Positions 49,072 to 63,951 of a stretch of 64,000 nucleotides of DNA are shown piece after piece. Origin of the DNA: the human T2T-CHM13v2.0 reference genome, Homo sapiens. Position 1 is the stretch's first letter. Each line of letters begins with the position of its first letter. The notes below the pieces were generated by a model. The model was not told where the DNA came from. It did not search any database and saw nothing but the letters and a program-made list of their open reading frames with translations. A program made the position numbers and the translations under genes. The DNA is taken from NCBI RefSeq assembly GCF_009914755.1, contig NC_060928.1. One strand, given 5' to 3'.

Positions 49072-50898
49072 CACATGAACATAGATAAAATTGAATCTAA
49101 CAAAAAGCCAAAAAGATAATATATTATGACTAAGTGAGATTTATTTCAGAAATACAAGGTTACTTTAACGTTGGAAAAATCAATGAATATAATTCAATAT
49201 GTGTATTATTTTAAAAAAATTATAATGATCTTAATAGATACAGAAAACACATTTGACAAAATCCAACATTCATTCTTGATAAAAACTGTCAGCAAACTAA
49301 AAGCAGAATGGAACTTCCTAAACCTGATAAAGGGCATAAATGAAAACCTACAGCTAAGTTTATATTTAGTTGTGAAAGACTGAATGCTTTTTCCTAAAGA
49401 AAGGAAAAGAGATAAGGTCATCTGCTTTCATTACTTCTGTTGAACATTGTACTAGAGGCTTTAACGATAAATCATGCAAGAAAAAGGAACAAAAAGCATC
49501 TAGAATGGAAATAAAGAACTAAAATTGTCTTCATTTGAAGATAGCATAATTTTTGGAATGGAAAATCCAATGGATTCTACAAAAAACTAATAGAACTAAT
49601 TAGTGAGTTTAGAAAGGTTGCAGAATAATATACAAAAATCATTTGTATATTTTATATTAGCAACAAAAAGTTGGAAATTTAATTTTAAAAATATTATAGT
49701 GACATCAAAATATGTTCTGCTTAGAGATAAGTGTTATAAAAGATGTGAATAACCTGTGTACTACAAAATATTGCTTAGGAAGATTAAATAAGACATTTAG
49801 AAAGAGTGAGTTATATCTTGTTCACAGATTGAAAAACTTAATAATGTTAAAATATCAATTCTTTTGATCTATAGATTTAATGCAATCTCAATCAGAATCA
49901 CCTAATTTCTTTCTAGAAATTAATAAACTGATTCTAAAAGTCATATGGAAATGCAAAGGACCTAGGATAACCAAGACAGCCTTGAAAAAGAAAGATAAAA
50001 TTGAAGGGCTAACACTACCCTAAGACATAATTATAATCAAACTCTCAAAGGTCAAGGACAAAGAGAGCATCCTGAAAGCAGCAAGAGAAAATAAGCAAAT
50101 AACATAAGAGAGATACAACACACCTGGCAGCTGACATCTCCATAGAAACCTTCAAGGCCAGGAGGGAGTGGGATGATAATTCAAAGTGCTGAAAGGAAAA
50201 AAAAATTTAACCAAGAACACCTTATCCATAAAAGCTATTCTTTAGAAACAAGGGAGAGATAAAAACTTGGCCAGGAAAACAAAAACTTGCACATTTCTGC
50301 AGAGCATAGGGCTGACGCTGCCCAATCTGGAAGTCATAACAGCAACTTGACCCAGCCTCAGAGCTCATCTTAAACTTTTGCCCAGGAAATCAGGCAAATT
50401 TCAACTATGCATTTCTATGGCTCATAGGCTCTGTTAATGTCCATCCCAAGCAACAAATCTGCTTAAACACGGGGCCTAGTGTGCAGCCCTGTCCAATGGA
50501 AGAACACAAACAGCAGTAGTGCCTGGCCAGGAAATACAGTCTATAAACCTGCCTCGTCATAGATAATAGCAATGCCTATCCATCAGTTCTCTCTAACCGA
50601 AGTGCCTAGCCTGTAGTTACACAGAAAGTGCAGCCCAGTTAGCAGCCCCATCTGATGTCAGAACAAAAGCCCAGTCCAAATAGAGAACTAACAGTAAGCT
50701 CTGCCTGCCTGTGGTCATTACGAGCTGGCCCATTCAGAATCCCAGGCTAGCCTAAATAGTTAAGTTCTCTCTATGCCAAAGAACACCTATAAAGTCCAAA
50801 AGAGCTGGCTGTTTTTTCAAATGTACATAATGCAAACACACAAGGATTATGAAGTATCAAGGAATTGCGACACCATGAAAAGAAACTAATTAATCTCT

Positions 50899-51100
50899 GT
50901 GGAAATTTTCAGAATCAAAATAGAGTCACATGCATTAAATATTCCGAAAAATAGAGCTGAGAAGGCCACGAAGAGATGGTTCTCGTATATGAATGTGTAA
51001 TAACAAGACCTATCACAAAATACTCTGCAAAAATTACAACCTTGCACAAAGGCCACCACAATCGTACACAAGAAATACTTCTGTGAGGACATCTGCCCAG
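50899..51100 (+). mobile_element. MER34-like ERV1 LTR fragment
   Basis: acaaccttgcacaaaggccaccacaatcgtacacaagaaatacttctgtgaggacatctgcccag. Confidence 0.65.
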
Positions 51101-51231
51101 TAAAAACTCATTATAAAAGTAAGCACATAGTCAAATTTAGAATATTCTAATACTGTAATGATGGTGTGTACATCAATAATATCTCTAGCATGGAGGTTAA
51201 AAGTCAAAACTGTTAAAAAACTACAACTACA

Positions 51232-51527
<296 letters not shown>

Positions 51528-54500
51528 CTACAACTACAATAATTTGTGAAGAGATATACGTTATGAAAAGATATAGATTATGACATCAAAAACATAAAAT
51601 ATGTGTGTGGAAGTGAAAGTGTAGAGTTTTGGCATGCAATAAAGTTATCAACTTCAAATAGCCTGTTTAAAGTGTAATATGTTTATATAGGCCTCATGAT
51701 AACCACAAAACAACCACCTATGGTAAATACATGGAAGAAAAAAAGAACAGAATCAAAGTCTATTATTACAGAAAGTCATCAAACCACAAAGGAAGACAGC
51801 AAGAGTGGAAGAAAAGAACAATAGATATACAAAACAACCAGAAACCAATAAACAAAATGGTAGTAGGAAGTACTTACCCATCAATAATTACCTTGAATGT
51901 AAAAAGATTTTTTTTAAAATGTAGTGTCAGAATGGATAAGAAACAACAAGACTACATGCTGCCTATGAAAGACTGACTTCACCTTTAAGGACACACAGGG
52001 ACAGAAAGTAAATGGGTAGAAGAGATACTTCATGCAAATAGAAACCAAAAGAGCAGAGGTAGCTACACTTATTTCAGACAAAATAGAATTTTAATTAAAA
52101 ACTGTAAAAAGGGACAAAGAAATCATTATATAATGATAAAAGGGTCAGTTCATCAAGAAGATATAAAAATGATAAATATGTATATATACCCAACGTAAGA
52201 GCACCTGAATAAATAAAATAAAATTAATAGATCTGTAAGTAGAGATAGGCTGCAATACAATACTAGTAGGGAAGTTTACTACTCCACTTTCTGCAATGGA
52301 CAGATCATCCAGACAGAAATAAGAAAACACTGAATTTGAACTACATGTCAGAGCATATGGACCTAACACCTATATATAGAACATTCCATCCAGCAGCGAT
52401 AGAACGCACATTCTTCTCAAATGCACATGGAACATTCTCCAGGATAGATCATACCTTAGACCATGAAACAAGTCTTAACAAATTTAAGTTTGGAATCATA
52501 GTTTTTTTTTTAATGTATCTTTTCTGACCACAATTATACAATTAATATCTAGTATTGTTTCTGACCATGGTATAAAACTAGATATCAATAGCAGGAGGAA
52601 TCTTGAAAAGTAACAAATGTGGAAATTAAACAATGTGCTCCTGAACAAAGCCAATAGATGAAGAATGAAATTAAAGAGAAATTAAAACATGTCTTGAGAC
52701 AAAAATGAAAACACAATATACAGTATTTATAGGTTGTAGCAAAAGCAGTTCCAAGAGGAAAGTTTATAGCAATAAATGCCTACATTGAGAAACAAAAGAG
52801 ACCTCTCAAATAAATAATGTTACACATTAAGGAACTAGAAAAAGAAGGAAAAATTAAGCCCAATGTTAGTAGAAGAAAGAAAATCAAGATCAGAGCAGAA
52901 ATAACAGGAATAGAGGCTAGAAAAATGATTAAAAGAATAATGAAACTAAAAGCTAAGTTTTTGAAAAGATAAAATCAACAAATCTTTACCTAGACTAACA
53001 AAAAGAGTCAAAATCAAAAAGTAAACAGGAGACATTAAAACTAATAACTACAGAAATACAAAGAATAAAAGACTACTATGAACAATTATATGCCAAACAA
53101 TTGGATAACATAGAGAAATGTATAAATTCATAAAACATATAAGCTACCAAGACAGAATCATGAAGAAACAAAATATCTGCAAAGACCAATTATGAATAAG
53201 GATATTGAATCAGTAATGTAAAAGTCTCCAGTTAAAGAAAATTCCAGCACTGAATAGCTTCATAGCTGAATTCTACCAAACACTTAAGGAATAACTCATG
53301 TTAATCCTTCTCAAACTCTTCCAAAAAATAAAAGAGAAGGAAATACTTCCAATCTCATTTTAAAAGGCCAGAGTGTTTGGGGGATTTCTATATGTAAGAT
53401 TATGTTGTCACATATAATCATATATAATCAATATTTACTGAAAAATATAAAATATTCATGAAGAAAACACAGATAAATGGAAAGATATCTCACATTCATG
53501 AATTGGAATAATTAATATTGTTAAAATGTCCATACTACACAAAGTAATCTACAGATCAAATGTAGTCCCTATTCAAAAGGTCTTTTTCACAAAAGTAGAA
53601 AAAAAACCCTACAATTTATATAAAAACTATAAAAGAGCCTGAATAGCCTAAATCATGTTAAATATAAAGGACAAAGCTGCAGGAACTGCACTACAAAATA
53701 TATTTCAAGGCCATAGTAATCAAAACATTTGATACTGTCCAAAACAAAAACAAAACAAAACAATAAAAGAGACACATCAATCAATGAAACAGAATAGAGA
53801 ACTTAGAAATGAACCCATGAATTACGCTCTGTTGATTTTCAACAAAGATGTTGGGAACATACAATGGCAAACAGACAGTCTCTTCATTCACACACAAAAG
53901 AATGAAATTGGACCCTTACTTTACACCACACACAAAAATAAACTTAAAATGGTTAAATACTTTCTGTAAGATTTAAAACTATAAAATACCTGGAAAAATA
54001 CACAGGGAAAAGTCTTCATAATATTGTTCTGGGCAATGGTTTTTTGGATTTGATTCCCAAAAGCACAGGCAATAAAAGCAAACATAGATAAAGAGGGCTG
54101 TATCAAACTATAAATCTGCACAGCAAAGGAACAATTAACAGAGTGAAGAGACAACCCATGGAATGGGAGGAAATATTTGTAAACCATACACCTGACACAG
54201 GGTTAGTATCCAAAATATACAAGGAACTCAAATCACTCAATAGAAGAAAACCCTCAAATAACCCAATTAAAAAGGGGCAAAATACCTGGATAGGAATTTC
54301 TCAAAAGAGCATATACATATGGCCAACAGATATATTAAAAATGATCAACACCTCTAATCATCAAGAAAAAAAAATTAAAATCACAATGAGATATTACATC
54401 ACAACTGTTAGGATGACTATTATCAAAAAGACAAAAGACAGTAAGTGTTGGCAAGATTGGGGAGAAAAGGATATGGAGATATGAAGAAGAGCATGGAGGT

Positions 54501-55299
54501 TTCTCAAAAAAGCAAAAATAGAATTACCATATGATTTAGCGATCCCTCTTCTAGCTATACATACAAAGGAAATGAAATCAGTATGTTGAAGAGTTATCTG
54601 CCCTCCTATATTCACTGCATCATTATTCACGGTAACTAAGATATGGAAGCAACCTTACTGCTTGTCATCATGTAAATGAATAAAGAAATTGTGGGATGGG
54701 ATACTATTCAGCCTTGAAAAAAGAAGGAAATTTTTCATTTGAGACAACATTAAGAAATCTAAAAGACATTATGCTAAGTTAAGTAAGCCAGGTACAAAAA
54801 GACAGTGTGTGATCTCACTCGTAGGTGAAATCTGAAATAAGCTGAACTCATAGAAGTGGAGAGTCGAATGGTAGTTACCAGAGAGGTTAGGGGTGGGAGA
54901 AATAAGTTTTTGAGATCTATTGCACAGCATGGTGACTATAGTTAATAGTAATGTATTGTTTATTTCAACATTTCTAATAGTAAATTTCAAATGTTCTCAC
55001 CAGAAAAATGGATAAGTGTGTGAGTGTATAGATTTAATTAGCTCGATTTAATCATTTCATAATGTATACATGTATCAAAACATTACATTGCATCCCATAA
55101 ATACATATACAATTATTGTCAATTTAAAAAGATTTATTTGCAGCTGTTTTTTCTGAAAGCATATTCAACTAATTTACAGTGAAAACACGGTGCCCTAAAA
55201 TAATTTAAAATAGTTTTTTGTTTGTGCTTGTGTCATAAATTCAATTTATAGCTACCTAGTTTCATTTGGTTTATTTTCAGATTGCTTTTTCTGTTCTTT

Positions 55300-56300
55300 T
55301 AGATTTATTTGATTTTTTATATTTGTAAAATATATGATTCCAAAGCTAAACTCTATAACAAAGTATATATTCAGATAAGTCTCACTTTCTCTTCTATCTC
55401 TTCTACCCTGTTCCTACTTGCTCCTATAGAAAATAGATTTTTTTAGTTTTTAGTTTACCCATTCTATTCTTTATTTTAAAGATCTAAGCAAATATATGTA
55501 GCAGCATATTCCTATTATGTCATCTTAACCTTTATTAGTCAAAGGGTTGCAAATTACATGTATTCTTCTATACCTTGCTTTTTCATTTAAAAATATAATC
55601 TTGAAGATTGCTACATATTGTAATTTTTTTCTTCAGAAATTTTAGCAGCTTTATATAATTCCTTTGTGTAGATATGTTATAGTTGATTCATTTGACCTTC
55701 TATTTATGGACATTTGGATTATTTCCAGACTTTTGCTATTGCAAATAATGCCACAATGATTACCCTAGTGCTTTTGTCATTTAGTAATATTGACAGGGTA
55801 TTTTTAGTATAGGTAGCTATTAGAGGATTGCTTGGCTCAAATGATAAATGCATATTTTTTAAGATATTGTCACATTTTCCTCCATGAATATTGTGCCATT
55901 TTGCAGTCCCACCAGCAATGAATGAGAAGGCTTATTTTTCCACAATTTTATCTTCACAGTATGTTGTCAAACTTTTAGATTTTTGCCAACTAGGTGGGTA
56001 ACAAATGGTGCTGTGTTATTGCTTAGATAAGCATTTCTCTTATTATGTGCATTTTTTCTTATGTTAAGGTTCATTAATCTTTTTCATTTGGTGCACTGTC
56101 TGTTTTTATCACTTGGCTATTTTTCTATGAGATTATCGGTCTTTGTGTTCCCTCAAGTTTTCAGGAGCTCTTCGTATATCGTGATATAAGTTGTAGATAT
56201 TTTCTCATTTTTTCCTTTGTGCTTTTACTTTGCCTGTAGTATTTTCTTCATGTAAACTCTTTTTATTATTATGATACCAGTGATGTCTCTATGTTTTTCT
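55300..56300 (-). mobile_element. Ancient L1ME-like fragment
   Basis: ggacatttggattatttccagacttttgctattgcaaataatgc, gcagtcccaccagcaatgaatgaga. Confidence 0.65.
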
Positions 56301-56324
56301 ATTTTTAAATTATATATATATTTA

Positions 56325-59300
56325 ATCATTTATTTTAAATTCAGGGGTACATGTACAGGTTTGCTATATAGGTAAACTTGTGTCATGGGGGTTTGTTGTA
56401 CAGATTATTTCATTACCCAGGTATTAAACTTAGTACCCACTAGTTATTTTTCTTGATCTCCCTTCTCCTACCCTCCCTTCTCTGACAGGCCCCATTGTAT
56501 GTTGTTCCCCTCCATGTGTCCATGTGTTCTCATCATTTAGCTCCCACTTATAAGTGAGAATATGAGGTATTTGATTTTCTATTCCTGAATTTGCTAGAGA
56601 TAATGGCCTCCAGCTCCATCTGTATTCTTGCAAAGAACATGATCTTGTTATTTTTTATGGCTACATAGTATTCTGTGGTGTATATCTACCATATTTTCTT
56701 TATCCAGACTACCACTAATGGGCATTTAGGTTCATTCCATGTCTTTGCTGTTGTGAATAGTGCTGCAATGGACATACAGGTGCACGTATCTTGGTGATAG
56801 AACGATTTCTATTTCTTTGGGTATATACCCAGTAATGGCGTTACTGGGTTAAAGTTTTGTTTTTAGGTCTTTGAGGAATCACCACACTCTTTTCCATAAC
56901 GACTGAACTAATTTACCCTCCCACCAACAGTGTATAAGTGTTACTTTTTCTCTGCAACTTTTTCAGCACTTGTTATTTCTTAATTTTTAATAATAACTAT
57001 TCTGACTGGTGTTAGATGGTATCCCATTGCAGTTTTGATTTGCATTTCTCTAATGATGTTATCAGTGATGTGGAGCTCAATCAGTGATGTTGAGCTTTTT
57101 TTCATATGCTTGTTGGCCGCATGTATGTCTTCTTTTGAAAAGTGTTTGTTCATGTCCTTTGCCCACTTTTTAACGGGTTTCTTTTCTTGTAGATTTACCT
57201 AAGTTCCTTATATACGCTGGATATTAGACCATTGTCAGATGCATAGTTTGCAAATATTTTGTCCCATTCTGTAGGTTGTCTATTTACTCTGTTGATGATC
57301 TTTTGTCATGCAGAAACTCTTTAGTTTAATTACATTCCATTTATCAATTTTTTCTTTTGTTGCAATTGCTTTTCAGTGTCTTCGTCATAAAATATTTACC
57401 CATTCCTTTGTCCAAAACGGTACTGCCTAGATTGCCTTTCAGGGTTTTTATAGTTTTGGGTTTTACATTTAAGTCTTTTGAGTTGATTTTTGTATATTTT
57501 GTAAAGAAGGGGTCCAGTTTCAATCTTCTGCATATGGCTAACCAGTTATCCCAGCAACATTTACTGAATAGAGAGTCCTTTCTCCATTGCTTGTTTTTGT
57601 CAGCTTTGTCAAAGATCAGATGGTTGTAGGTGTGATGATTCCAGCTTTGTTCTTTTAGCTTAAGATTGCCTTGGCTATTCGGGATCTTTCTGGTTCCACA
57701 ATAATTTTAAAATAGTTTTTCCCTAGTTCTGTGAAGAATTTCAATGGTATTTTGACAGAAATAGCATTGAAACTATAAATTGCTTTGGACAGTATAGCCA
57801 TTTTAACAATATTGATTCTTCCTATCCATGAGCATGGGATGTTTTTCCGTTTGTGTCATCTCTAATTTCTTTGAGCAGTGTTTTGTAGTTCTCCTTATAG
57901 AGATCTTTTACGTCTCTGGTTAGCTGTATTTACAAGTATTGCATTTTATTTTTGGCACTTGTGAATGGGATTGCATGCCTGATTTGTCTGTCAGCTTGAC
58001 TGTTGTTGGTGTATAGAAATGCTAGCGATTTTTGCACATTGATTTTGTATCCTGAAACTTTGCTGCACTTGTTTAGCAGTTGAAGGAGCTTTTGGGCTGA
58101 CGCTATGGGGTTTCCTAGATAGAGGACCATGTCATCTGCAAACACGGATAATTTGACTTCCTCTCTTCCTATTTGGATGACATTTATTTCTTTCTCTTGC
58201 CTGATTGCTCTGGCCAGGACTTCCAATACTATGTTGAATAGGAGTGGTGAAAGAGGGCATCCTTGTCTTGTGCAGGTTTTCAGGGAGAATGTGTCCAACT
58301 GTTGTGCATTCAGTATGATGTTGGCTGTAGGTTAGTCATAGATGGCTCTTATTATCTTGAGGTATGTTCCTTTGATATCTAGTTTATTGAGAGTTTTTAA
58401 CATAAAGGAGTGTTAAATTTTATCAGAAGTCTTTTCTGCATCTATTGAGATAATCATTTTGTTTTTGTCTTTAGTTCTGTTTATATGATGAATCACATTT
58501 GTTGATTTGTGTATGTTGAACTTACCTTTCATCCCAGGGATAAAGCCTACTTGATTGTGCTGAATAAGCTTTTTGACATGCTACTGGATTCAGTTTGCCA
58601 GTACTTTGTTAAGGATTTTTGCATTGATGTTCATCAAGGATACTGGCCTGAAGTTTTTGTTTTTGTTGTTGTTGTTTTCGTGTCTCTTCCAAGTTTTGTT
58701 AGCAGGATGATGCTGGCCTCAGAATGAGTTAGGTAGGAGTCCCTCCTCCTTAATTTTTGGAAATAGTTTTAGTAGGAACAGTACCAGCTCTTCTTTGCAC
58801 ATCTGGTAGAAATTGGCTGTGAGTCTGTCTGGTCCTGGGCTCTTTTTGGTTGGTATGGTATTTATTACTGATTTAGTTTTGAAGCTCATTATTGTTCTGT
58901 TCAGGGATTCAATTTCTTCCTGGCTCAGTCTTTGGAGACTGTATGTTTCCAGGAGTTTATCCATTTTTTCTAGATTTCCTAGTTTGTGTGTATAGAGGTG
59001 TTCATAATATTCTCTGATATTTATTTGTATTTCTGTGGAGTCAGTGATAATATCCCCTTTGTTGTTTTTAACTGTGTTTATTTGGAACTTCTCTGCTTTT
59101 TTTCCTTTATTAGTCCAGCTAGTGGTCTATTTTATTACAGTTTTCAAACAACAAATTCATGGGATCATTGATCTTTTAAACAATTTTTCATGTTTCAATC
59201 TCCCTCAGTTTGGCTTTAATTTGGTTATTTCTTGTCTTCGCTAGCTTTGGGGTTGGTTTGCTCTTGATTCTTTAGTTCTTTTAGTTGTGCTCTTAGGTTG

Positions 59301-61630
59301 TTAAATTGAGCTCTAACTTTTTAATGTGGGCACTTAGTGCTATAAGTTTTCCTCTTAACACTACCTTAGCTCTGTTCCAGAGATTCTGGTATGTTGTATT
59401 TTTGTTCTCATTAGTTTCAAATAACTTCTTGATTTCTGCCTTAATTTCGTTATTTACCCAAAAGTCATTCAGGAGCAGGTTATTCAATTTCTATGTAACT
59501 GTATGTTTTTAACTGAATTTCTTAGTCTTGATTTCTAATTTGTAAGTGCCATGGTCAGAGAGAGTGGTTGTTATGATTTCAGTTCTTTGCATTTGCTGAG
59601 CAGTATTTTCTATTAGATTATGTGGTTGATTTTAGAGTATGTGTCCCATGTGGTGATAAGAATGTATATTATGTTCTTTTAGGGTGGAGAGCTCTGTAGA
59701 TGTCTATCAGGTTCATTTGATCCAGGGCTGAGTTCAGGTCCTGAAAATCTTTGTTAGTTTTCTGCCTTGATGATCTGTCTAATATTGTCAGTGGAGAGGT
59801 GGTAAAGTGTCCCACTATTATTGTGTGGGAGTCTAAGTCTCTTTTAAGGTTCTAAGAACTTGCTTTGTGAATCCAAGTGCTCCTGTGTTGGGTGCATATA
59901 TATATTTAGGATGGTTGGGTATTCTTGTTGAATTGAACCTTTGCCATTATGTAATGCCCTTCTGTCTCTCTCTGTTTTTTTAATCTTTGTTGGTTTAAAA
60001 TCTATTTTGTCTGAAATTAGGATTGCAACCTGTGCTTTTTTTTTCTGTTTTCCTTTGCTTGGTCGATTTTTCTTTATCCCTTTCTTTTGAGCCTAAGTGT
60101 GTCATTGCATGTGAGATAGATTTCTTGAAGACAGCATACCAATAGTCTTGGTTCTTTATCCAGCTCGGCACCCTGTATCTTTTAATTGAGGCATGTAGCC
60201 TGTTTACATTCAAGGTAAGTATTGCTATGTGCAGATTTGATCCTGTCATCATGATGTTAGCTGGATATTTTGCAGACTTGTTTGTGTGATTGCTTTATAG
60301 TGTTATTGGTCTGTGTATTTAAGTGTGTTTTTTTGTAGTGGCTGGTAATAGTCTTTCCTTTCCATATTTGGTGCTTTCTTCAGGAGCTCTTGTAAAGCAC
60401 TTCTGGTGGTAACAGATTTTCATAGCATTTGCTTGTCTGAAAAGGATCTTATTTCTCTTTTGCTTATGATGCTTAGTTTGGCTGGATATAAAATTTTGGG
60501 TTGGAATTTCTTTTATTTAAGCATGCTGAATATTGGCTCCCAATCTCTTCTGGCTTGTAGGGTTTCTGCTGAAGGATTAGCTACTAGTCTGATGAGTTTC
60601 CCTTCGTAGGTGACCTGCTCATTCCCTCTAGCTGCCTGTAACATTTTTTCTTTCATTTCAACCTTTGAGAATCTGGTGATTATTAGTTTTGGGGATTATC
60701 TTTTTGGGGAGTGTCTTACTGGGGTTCTCTGCATTTCCTGAATTGAATGTTGGCTTCTCTAGCTAGGTTGGGGAAGTTCTCATGGGTGATATCCAGAAAT
60801 TTGTTTTCCGAGTTGCTTATATTCTCCCCATCTCTTTCAGGAACACTAATGAGTTGTAGATTCAGTCTTTTTACATGATCCAATGTTTCTTAGAGGTTTG
60901 TTCATTACCTTTCATTCTTCTTTCTCTTTTCTTGTCTGACTATCTTATTTCAGAAAGTCAGTCTTTAAGCTCAGAAATTTTTTTCCTCTGGTTGGTTTTT
61001 TCTGCTATTAATACTTGTGAATGCATTATGAAGTTCTTGTAGTGTGTTTTTCAGCTTTATTGTGCCAGTTATATTATTTTCTATACTGGCTATTTTGTCT
61101 GTCAGCTCCAGTGTCATTTTATTGTGATTCTTAGTTTTCTTGGATTGGGTTTCAACATCTCTTGCATCTCAGTGATCTTTCTTTCTATTCATATTCTGAA
61201 TCCTATTTCTGTTATTTTTGCCATCTCTGCCCAGTTCAGAACACTTGGTGGAGAGGTAGAGCAGTTATTTGGAGGAAAGAAGGCATTCTGGCTTTTTGAG
61301 TTGTTAGAGTTCTTTCTTATCTTTGTGGGCTGATGTTTCTTCAATCTTTGAAGTTCTGACCATTGGTCGGGTTTCTTTTTCCTTTTATCTTGTTTGATGA
61401 CCTTAAGGGTTTGATTGTGGTATAAAGTAGGTTCAGCTGACTTGCTTCATTTATGGAGGATTTTAGGGGGCCAGCACTCAGCTCTCAACTCCTGGACTGT
61501 GTGCTCTAATTCTGGAGGATTTGTATCAGGCCCTGACTTCATTCTCTGGCTCCTCAAAGTTAGGAATCTAACTGCACTGTGGAGGGTTGAGGTGCTTCTG
61601 GACCACTGTTCGCTACACTCAGATGGGTTG
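56325..61630 (-). mobile_element. Long L1PA (old primate, PA13-16-like); resumes at 63952 after THE1
   Basis: minus-strand RT motifs [20 protein letters not shown] and [31 protein letters not shown] start MTGSNLHIAILTLNVN. Confidence 0.93.
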
Positions 61631-63951
61631 TGTCTTAGTCCATTCTTACACTGCTATGAAGAAATACCCAAGAATGGGTAATTTATAAAGGAAAGAGGTT
61701 TAATTGATTCACAGTTCTGCATGTCTGTGGAGACCTGGAAACTCACAATCATGGTGGAAGGCAAAGGAGAAGCAGCACCTTCTTCACAGGGTGGCAGGAT
61801 GGAGTGAGTGCAAGCAGGGGAAATGCCAAATGCTTATATAAAACCATCAGATTTTGTAAGACTCACTCATTATTACCAGAACAGCATGGAGAAAACTGGC
61901 CCCAAGATTCAATTACCTCCACCTATTCCTGCCCTTGACATGTGGGGATTATGGGGATTACAACTCAAAGTGAAATTTGGGTGAGAACACCAAGCCAAAC
62001 CATATAATTCTGTCCCTGGTCCCTCCCAAATCTCATGTCCTCATATTTCAAAACACAACCATGTCCTTCCAACAGTCTCTCAAAGTCTTAACTCATGCCA
62101 GCATTAATGCAAAAGTCTAAGTCCAAAGTCTCATCTGAGACAAGGCAAGTTCCTTCCACTTATGAGCCTGTAAAATCAAAAGCAAGTTAGTTACTTCTTA
62201 GATACAATGGGGGTACATGCATTGTGTAAATACAGTCATTTCAAATGGGAGAAATTGGCCAAAACAAAGGGGCTACAAGCCCCATGCAAGACCAAAATCC
62301 AATAGGACAATCAAAAACAAAGGGGCTACAAGCCCCATGCAAGTCCGAAATCCAATAGTGCAGTCATTAAACCCTAAAGTTCCAAAATGATCTTTGACTC
62401 CATGTCTCACATCCAAGTCATGCTGATGCAAGAGGTGGGCTCCCATGGCCTTGAGAAGCTCCATCTCTGTGGCTTTGCAGGGTATAGTTCCTCTCCTGGC
62501 TGCTTTCATGGGCTGGCATTGAGTGTCTGTGGCTTTTCCAGGTGCACAGTGCAAGTTGTTGGTGGATCTACCTTTCTGGGATCTGGAGGTCGGTGGCCCT
62601 CTTCTCACAGCTCCACTAGGCAGTGCCCCAGTGAGGACTCTGTGTGCTGGCTCCAGCTCCACATTTTCCTTCTGCACTGCCCTAACAGAGATTCTCCCTG
62701 TGGGCTCCACCCCTGCAACAAACTTTTGCCTGGACATCCAGGCATTTCACACTCCTCTGAAATCTAGGTGGAGGTTCCCAAACCTCAATTCTTGTCTTCT
62801 GTGCACTCAATGGACCAACACCACATGGAAGGTGCCAAGGCTTGGGGCTTACACCCTCCGAAGCAATGGCATGAGCTGTACCTTGGCCCCTTTTAACTAT
62901 GGCTGGAGTAACTGGGAAGCAGGGTACCAAATCCCAAGGCTTCACACAGCAGGGGGGCCCTGGACCCAGCCCATGAAACCATTTTTTCTTCCTAGGCCTC
63001 CTGGCCTGTGATGGGAGGGACTGCTAGGAAGGTCCCTGACATGTCCTAGAGACATTTATTTTCCCCATTGTTTTGGCAATTAACATTCTTATGCAAATTT
63101 CTGCAGCTGACTTGAATTTATTCTCAGAAAATGGGTTTTTCTTTTCTACCACATCATCAGGCTGCAAATTTTCCAAACTTTTATGCTCTGTCACCTCTTG
63201 AATGCTTCGCTGCTTAGAAATTTCTTCTGCCAGACACCCTAAATTCTGTCTCTCAGGTTCAAAGTTCCATAGATCTCTAAGGCAGGGGCAAAATGCCAGT
63301 CTCTTTGCTAAAGCATAACAAGAGTCACCAGGAAGTTTCTCATCTGCATCTGAGACCATCTCCATCTAGACTTCATTTTCCATGTCACTATCAGCATTTT
63401 GGTGAAAGCCATTCAACAAGTCTCAATGAAGTTCCAAACTTTCCCACATTTCCTGTCTTCTTCTGAGCCCTTCAAACTGTTCTAACGCTACCTGTTACGC
63501 AGTTCCAAAGTCACTTCCATATTTTTGGGTATCTTTATAGCAGCACCCCTCTCTCTGCAGTATCAATTTACTGTATTAGTCCATTCTCACACTGCTATGA
63601 AGAAATACCTGAGACTGGGTAAATAAAGGAAGGAGGTTAAATTGACTCACGGTTCCACATGGCTGGGGAGGAATCTTACAATCATGGTGGAAGGCAAAGG
63701 AGTAGTAGGTACCTTCTTCACAGGGTAGCAGGACAGAGTGAGTGCAAGCAGGGGAAATGCTAGATGTTTATAAAACCATCGGATGTCGTGAGACACTCAC
63801 TCATTATCATGCGAACAGCATGCGGAAATCACGCCCATGATCCAATTACCTCCACCTGGTACCCTACACTTCACCCTGTTGACATGTGAGGATTATGGGG
63901 ATTACAATTCTAGGTAAGGTTTGGGTGGGGACACAGAACCAAACCATATCA
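61631..63951 (-). mobile_element. Full THE1 (MaLR) provirus: LTR 61631-62007, internal 62008-63571, LTR 63572-63951
   Basis: two homologous LTRs tgt(c/a)ttagtccattct...aaaccatat(aa/ca) around typical THE1-int sequence. Confidence 0.93.

Larger units (their letters stand above)
47650..50020 (+). mobile_element. Old L1 ORF2 fragment (L1M-type), interrupted by MER58
   Basis: ORF2 remnants FFKINTINKPLTR, MILIDTENTFDKIQHSFLIKT. Confidence 0.85.

Noticed and set aside
57930-58298. Reverse-transcriptase-like ORF (FADD motif)
   Set aside because: Fragment of a frameshifted, inactive L1 ORF2, not a novel RT system
62273-63365. Several 87-162 aa ORFs
   Set aside because: Decayed THE1 internal-region frames with no independent gene evidence
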